Shown one piece after another: positions 56,619 through 64,000 of a DNA stretch of 64,000 bases. The translations under genes were made by a program, and so were the position numbers. A model generated the notes under the pieces. It worked only from the letters and a program-made list of their open reading frames with translations, did not search any database and had not been told where the DNA came from. Origin of the DNA: Chrysomallon squamiferum (taxonomy: Eukaryota; Animalia; Mollusca); the NCBI GenBank assembly GCA_012295275.1, contig CM022675.1, positions 12,834,001 to 12,898,000 on the forward strand, read 5' to 3'. Every line of letters begins with the position of its first letter. Position 1 is the stretch's first letter.

Positions 56619-58368
56619 ATTTCAGTATTTGTAAACAACAAACATTTGAATAGATTTTAAATTATATAAACAGATGAAATTGCATTTTTTATTTCAACCA
56701 CTTATTCTACGAGTTTACAAAAATTATCATTTGCAGTCATTTCTTTTGCCCATTGGTATATTAATGACTGCTCACAAGTACGATAGACTAATGAACAAAA
56801 TTATAAACCTACTTGCTCATTTTGTTACGTTGAAATCACCAAACTTGTTGTTTTGCTCTTATGATGACCAGACACAAACAAATAAACAAACTTGGCCTTC
56901 GCTGGTGTGAGAAACCTGACAGCTAACTGACACACGTACGTTCTGACAGAGTCTCACAAACACACAGCAAGCAGAGAGCAGCAGTTTGATGTCGAGAGGA
57001 CGTTTTAATCAGCGAGTGATCCGCCCCACATGTTTGGCTCAACGTCTTGGTTAAAGACAAACAACAGGCGATCTTGTTTACTGCTTCTCATTGCTTTTTA
57101 TATGAAAATTAAGGCGGATCAAGTATTTTTTTTTTTATTTATTTATTTTTTTTTAAAAGGAGAATTAGGATCCTTTCTTCTTTTTCTTAAAATTATTAGT
57201 TTCTAGATGAAATACTGAGATAATAATAATAATAAAATAATAATATTTGGCTGATAAATTAATGAAAAAAATTCATTAAAAAAAAAAAAAAAACATTGGT
57301 GATATATAAAAGCGCCAGCTAAGTAATTTGAAGAACTACAGAGTGAAGGCCGACTTTTTGGCGAATGAATATCATTGAAAACTGGTTTTAGCACCACTCT
57401 TTAACTATAGTAATTATTATATAATTTGTTTTTTATTCCATAACTATATTTCTGTCATATATATTATATATAATAATAAAATGTTAATAATAATGATGAT
57501 GATGATAATTACAACAAGAGCCAAGATCAGAGTAATAATCATAATGATAATAAACAAACATGTGTGAATAAAAACACGACAACAAATCTAAAAAGCACGC
57601 ACGCACACACGCACACACACACACACACGCAAAATAAACACAGGCATGAAGAAGAAAAAATCGTAAATACTGACAACCTTAACAAAATTATCTTCGTTTA
57701 GTACGGACTTCATGACGAAGACATCCAAAGAATTAAAAAAAAATGACTGCATCTCCATGGCGACAAGGATAAAGAATGTATTCATGTCAAAGACTAATAT
57801 AAAAAACAAAACCCACGAAAAAAACCTCGCCAGAAAACATCCAGCCTTGAGCCACGTGTTTCTGAATTCGACAAAAACCACGCGTCGACTCGGAACAATA
57901 AAATCTCTTTTTTCCCTTCGTCACCAACGTCAACAATTCTTTGACTTTTAATCGCGCCGGATCCAAAAAAAAATGCAAGTTCTGCTGTTAAGAATTTTTA
58001 TTTCTAAATCTCAGAAATGTGCACAAGTCAAACACTTAACGAAGGTCAGTGCATAAATCTGAATTTTGTTTTTTTGCCATTTTTGTGTCATTTGTGTAAA
58101 GAAAATTTCATCTAAGATGTATTAGCCTTGCTCAAAGTGATATGACTTTCAAAACTCCGCTAAATAAATCCGATTGTTAATTCCGTGTTTTTTGTTTTGT
58201 TTTTAGATGCTGTTATTTTCATAAAGTTTTACAATTTATTTATCGTCTGTGTAAATAAAATTGACATTGACAAGGATTATAAATGTTATTAATGTTGATT
58301 GTAAATCTTTGTGATAATTGTTTTTCTGTTATTCTCAGTATTCACTGATAATATAACTTTATATAATT

Positions 58369-58477
<109 letters not shown>

Positions 58478-58955
58478 AAAATTTCAAATACACCCAGATA
58501 TAAAAAAGTCGCTTGCTGTTAACAGGTTTCTTCTCATACTTTCACTGCATTATATTTGACGTCATGTTAATAATAATCGTTAACCGAACCATTTTTTTTT
58601 CCATTTAAATTTGTATCTATCTATTAATAAACTTAAAAACCTTTGATTATTGAACGATACAAGCGGTAAATATTGCAGTTTCCATTCTACAAAGGCCAAG
58701 AGTTAAAACACAGTTTAATGTAAGATAATAAAAGTTTCAATATCGTTTGAGTTTTAATTTGCTTGCAAGTGCAGACTTCTCAAACAACATCGCGGTGAGT
58801 TTAAAGATGTACACACGTTTACACAGATTGTCGTAGATGTAGACATTCTCATATTTGTCTTTTGTTTCTCACTTTAATTATACAGTTGTATGTGTGCTGT
58901 GACATGTCTGTACTGAACACATTATTATTATTACGAATTACTATTGTTATTATTA

Positions 58956-58995
<40 letters not shown>

Positions 58996-59021
58996 GTAGT
59001 AGTAGTTGTAGTAGTAGTAGC

Positions 59022-59081
<60 letters not shown>

Positions 59082-59335
59082 TTTAGAGTCAGTATTATCA
59101 TCATTCCTGTTCATGGTGTTATCAAAATTAATATCTTATGATTAATATTGTTATTGCTGTTGATTTATTTCTTTATATTACTCTTGTTTTTTTTTAATAA
59201 TAATAATAATAATAATAATGACAACAACAATAACACTAAAAATAACAATACTAATAATAATAACAATAACAACAACACAAATAATAATAATTTTGCTATT
59301 ATTCTCGTCGTTTCTGTTTTATTTATTTATTGTTA

Positions 59336-59373
<38 letters not shown>

Positions 59374-59628
59374 TATGTTGTTGATAATACTGTAGCTGGT
59401 GTTATTATACTTACTGTTGTTGTTGTTGCTACTGCTGTTAAAATTAATATTTTTATCATTAATATTGTTAATGTTGTATTTTCTGCTTGTTTATATACTC
59501 TTATTTTTTATTATAATAACAACAACGACAATAATAATAATTCTATTTTTCTCTTCTTCGTCGTTCCTGTTTTTAATTATTTTTTAAATTGTTGATATTA
59601 CTATTGTTGATATTATTATGTATTGTTA

Positions 59629-59684
<56 letters not shown>

Positions 59685-59741
59685 GTTGTTAGTGTGATCG
59701 TCTTTAAATCCTTAATGATTTATATTGTTAACGTTAACCTT

Positions 59742-59787
59742 GTTAGGGAGTTAGGGAGTTAGGGAGTTAGGGAGTTAGGGAGTTAGG
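59742..59787 (+). repeat. Telomere-like (TTAGGGAG)5 tract
   Basis: Five perfect TTAGGGAG units followed by TTAGG. Confidence 0.85.
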
Positions 59788-60089
59788 TTTTGGGTCGCTG
59801 TGTTTGACATATAGGTAGAGAATTTCAAATGCTACTTAGCACATTAGAGAAAGTATGTACTGGAAGTTTAGCCTGGCTGAGTTCTGAGGCAGGGGGACAA
59901 GTGAATGTGTAAGATAATTGATCCTTTGTGGAGTTGCTGTTTGTCAGAAACGTTCTTCTTCATCCCACATCTCATCGATGTGTATCAATATTGAACAGCT
60001 CGGGCGCGCCCAAACCGCAGCAGACGACACAATAGCAGCCATGTTGATCAAACATTGCTGGAGGAATCTGTTTGAACTGTGACTCTCGA

Positions 60090-60440
60090 CTAACGGATGT
60101 AGCGTTTTCCTCCGTTTGGACTCGGCGGCTTTAGACAATAGAGACATTTAGCGAAAAACTCTACGAGCCCGAATAATCCGTTCACAAAAACGATGCGTCT
60201 TAAACGGGCATTTTTCCAGGCGCAAAGGGAGATAACTCGGGCAGTTATTTTTGTATCAGTCTTGATCCCTGTCATTTCTGTGCTGTGAATGATACAAGTG
60301 ACTTTCAATTTATTCAAACAAGAGATGGTGATAGCTCTGGAACTCGGCGAGAACGCTAGATACCGTTCTGGATAGACCGCGGCACGGACTTCCTCGCATG
60401 TTGTAGTGTTTGTGTTTTCCTCCTCACTCATCTGCAGCAC
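60090..60440 (-). CDS. Possible terminal coding exon of an unidentified gene lying further right
   Basis: Acceptor cactgtag| at 60441/60440 precedes a 116-codon non-repetitive frame (VLQMSEEENTNTTTCEEVRAAVYPERYLAFSP...KRYIR*) in a GC-richer block. No family recognised. Confidence 0.3.
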   Translation of the reverse strand: MLQMSEEENTNTTTCEEVRAAVYPERYLAFSPSSRAITISCLNKLKVTCIIHSTEMTGIKTDTKITARVISLCAWKNARLRRIVFVNGLFGLVEFFAKCLYCLKPPSPNGGKRYIR

Positions 60441-61560
60441 CTACAGTGTGAACCGCTTTAAAGTGATAGTGATTAGCAGACAACAGTCAGCTGGTGCATG
60501 GAAGTATTTTCTAAAATATCGACGTATTTTTTATCGAGAGGGGTAAGTTGAGTTATAAATATATTATACATCATTTACTAGTTGAGATTCGCCGATCTTT
60601 TAATAGTGTTGTTTAGTTTTGTGGTAATTAATTTCTTAATGAACTACATAAACCTATAAACGTCCAGTTAAGACGCTGTTATCATTAACAATCATTTTAA
60701 ATTATTAAGTTTGGGGAAAATACACAATACAGGGATTTGGATGTATGTATAAAACGGTGTCAGAATGTTTGAATATTAACTGAGAAGAAGAAGTACAAGT
60801 CTTGGATTTCCCATTCTAACTGAGTTATTTAAACCCCGGCTTAATCGTTTCTTCACTCATTGTTTGCTACTGACTGCGGCAGTTATGATGAAAATGAAGT
60901 TGTCATATATCTCTAGTCCGGTTCGTCTCACAGGGTAGCACGTACCACACGTTTTAATTACGAATTAGCTTTAAGTACGATTTTTAGGGATGAAGAATAA
61001 TACTGCTGTAATTTCAGAACTGAATTCTTAATGTAGGTGAACAGACTGATTACCATTTTGTTATTAATTCATTATTTTATTTTATTTTAATTAAATTAAT
61101 TAAAAATTTATTTGAGATTATTTAATAACAGAAACAATAATAAAAATATATATTATTAATGTTAAACGAAATTTGGTAATAGGGAAAACAAATTATTAAA
61201 TATTCTTATCAAAACTGGTTAATATTACAGTTTAAAAGGTTACTGTCGACAATTATATTACTATTCTACCATTTTTATCAAGTAATAAGCAACAGAAACT
61301 ACACCAAATTTTATTTTAGATACAAGATTAGAAACAAATTATTTAAATTAAAATGATTTGTGACTTTGTATTTGGCTGTTTTTCACTGTTGGGTTTTCGT
61401 GAAAGCTGTATGTTAGAACTGAGGGGTTACGGAGTGCTGTGTAAATCTAAATCAAATGTCACTTCTTGTCTGCCAATTCTGAGATCGCGAAATCGCTGAG
61501 CACGAATCAGGAAGTAAACGTCTTATCGACTTGTCAATCCTGACTTGGCTCCAGAGTACG

Positions 61561-62200
61561 TAACGTACACAGCTTAAATCACCGTTCAGATTAACGTACA
61601 CAGCTTAAATCACCGTTCAGATTAACGTACACAGCTTAATTCACCGTTCAGATTAACGTACACAGCTTAAATCACTGTTCAGATTAACGTACACAGATTA
61701 AATCACCGTTCAGATTAACGTACACAGCTTAATTCACCGTTCAGATTAACGTACACAGCTTAAATCATCGTTCAGATTAACGTACACACAGCTTAAATCA
61801 CCGTTCAGATTAACGTACACAGCTTAAATCACTGTTCAGATTAACGTACACAGATTAAATCACTGTTCAGATTAACGTACACAGATTAAATCACTGTTCA
61901 GATCAACGTACACAGCTTAAATCACCGTTCAGATTAACGTGTACAGTTTATGTAAGTTTTCAGATTAATGTACACAGCTTAAATCACCGTTCAGATTAAC
62001 GTACACAACTTAATTCACCGTTCAGATTAACGTACACAGTTTATGTAAGTGTTCAGATTAACGTGTACAGTTTATGTAAGTGTTTACATTAATGTACGCT
62101 ATTTAAAATAAGTGTTCAAATTAGCCTATCCAGTTTATATAAGTGTTCAGTTTAACATGCATTTTATGTAACCGTTTATATTAGAGTACAGCGCTTGTAT
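61561..62200. repeat. 31-bp minisatellite (TAACGTACACAGCTTAAATCACCGTTCAGAT), about 15 good copies decaying rightwards
   Basis: Directly visible 31-bp periodicity with no unique spacers. Confidence 0.95.
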
Positions 62201-62448
62201 ATCGTTCAAATTAATATTTTACATAATAGTTCATATTAACATAACAGTTTTTCAAATTATCCATGTAACTCCGCTAACACTAACATATGAATTTGAAAAT
62301 CAGATACGTTATTTTTAAAAACTGGGACAACCTCGCAGTTCTGTGAAAAGTAACTCTAAAGTGACTGAAATTATTTTTGTTGATATTGTTTCCATTTTAC
62401 TACCGATTGGTTTTAAACACTCTCTCTCTCTGTATGTCTCTGACTGTC

Positions 62449-62555
<107 letters not shown>

Positions 62556-63585
62556 ATGTATATTTTAGTATCAAAAACACCCAGAGGTACGTTATAAAAA
62601 CCTCCCACACAAACCTTTAAAACAATACAGAAAAAAAAAACCACTTTAAAAAAAAAAAAAAATCATTTAAAGGAATATATATATACTCAAAAAAGTAAGG
62701 TTTTCTAGTTTTGAAAATAAGAATTAAACAAGCAAAAAGCCCAGTAAAGTATAAACTACGTATAAGTTATGTACTTCCCGTGAAATGAATTGTTGATCAC
62801 AACACGTACAATTTGCTTTCGGTTTATTCCGATTTGAAAGCCGTGCAGATCAACATCACAGTTATTTACCTATCGAAAAACCTTTCTTATGACGTCAGTT
62901 TTATGAATACCTCTTCTGCTACACATACACATTTGTAACAAGAAAAATGAAAAAAACAAAACAAAAAAAAACTGATATTAAACTTTTCAAACATTCATAA
63001 TCGACGAGTGACTTACTAAGCCACAGCTTATGACGTAGCTTGTGACGTCAGCTACAAATAGCATATCAGATATATACAATATTCTGTAAGAAGATATATT
63101 TTATTTTTTTTCCACGCGACGTCAAACCTACAGAGGAAAAATAACAAGTTTAACGCACGTCTGTGGGATGGTATTTTCTGTTTGTTTTCTATAAAGATAT
63201 ATAAATAAAAAACAAATTCTTGAACGATCTAGGAAATAGTTTTATTGTGTGTTCCTCGTGAGAGTCTTAACACAACCGTCAGTGTTTGCGTGTTCTCTGT
63301 ATTAATTACACACTGTTTCGAATACTTCTCAGTTTTAATGACGTCGTCACATATTGCTGTCATATTTTAAACGAATTATTTCTTGTTTGTGACCTTGCTG
63401 ATAAAATATTGCAAGATCGCTAATCAAATAAGAAACTACAAACAATACGTATATGGAAAATCTTCGAATAATTTAATTTTGTTATATGTGTTATTTGTAA
63501 TATATATGTGTGATGGATAGATAGATACATGAAAATTAGTGAAAGGAAAAAAAACAGTCCGTATGTGTTTGTTTGTGTGTGTGTG

Positions 63586-63754
<169 letters not shown>

Positions 63755-64000
63755 AACTTGCTTACAAGTCGATTCTCAGTGTTAGTAATACATTTTCATT
63801 GAAACAAATTTATAATTTAGTTTTAAAATAAAATTCGAAATAATCACATAAGGAGCCGACAACTCCCCGTCCTTCATCACCTCTGTGTCAAAAATTACAA
63901 TTTTTAGAAATTCAAATCACGAAAATAAAGTTAAAAAGAAACAACAAACAAAGACCCGTATTAACAGACATTAAAAAAAAACCACACCATTTTTTTTTTT

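Noticed and set aside
57588-57990. ORFs in a unique-sequence block at 57.6-58.0 kb
   Set aside because: No recognisable protein similarity or consistent exon partners; it may be UTR, but this cannot be supported.
61561-62200. CRISPR-like array
   Set aside because: Contiguous 31-bp units with no unique spacers, no cas genes, and a eukaryotic intron-exon context.

Overview
AT-rich, microsatellite-laden animal genomic DNA; the style suggests an invertebrate, possibly a mollusc or cephalopod (inference only). The + strand carries the 3' part of a GPATCH8/ZNF804-family gene: a >10.7 kb intron, three small exons and a 4-kb terminal exon ending at 15999. Convergent to it on the - strand are two tandem, head-to-tail invertebrate-type contactin genes (signal peptide, C-type lectin, 6 Ig, 4 FN3, GPI signal), whose exons I reconstructed by hand. 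Copy A (34213..19588, 25 coding exons) has a 1-nt frameshift in its Ig4 exon and an extra Ig1 intron bounded by a 9-bp direct repeat. Copy B (49694..36860, 23 coding exons) has no intact 4th lectin exon, only decayed remnants, and has a candidate 15-nt microexon. Several contactin introns hold tandem arrays copied from the adjacent splice junction, which produces rows of decoy splice sites. The GPATCH8-like intron is strand-specifically rich in TGCATG, orphan 3' splice sites and AG|GT sites. Other features are a Tc1/mariner-type MITE, a tRNA-derived SINE, minisatellites and an unidentified exon-like block near 60 kb. Most short ORFs in the track are microsatellite artefacts.
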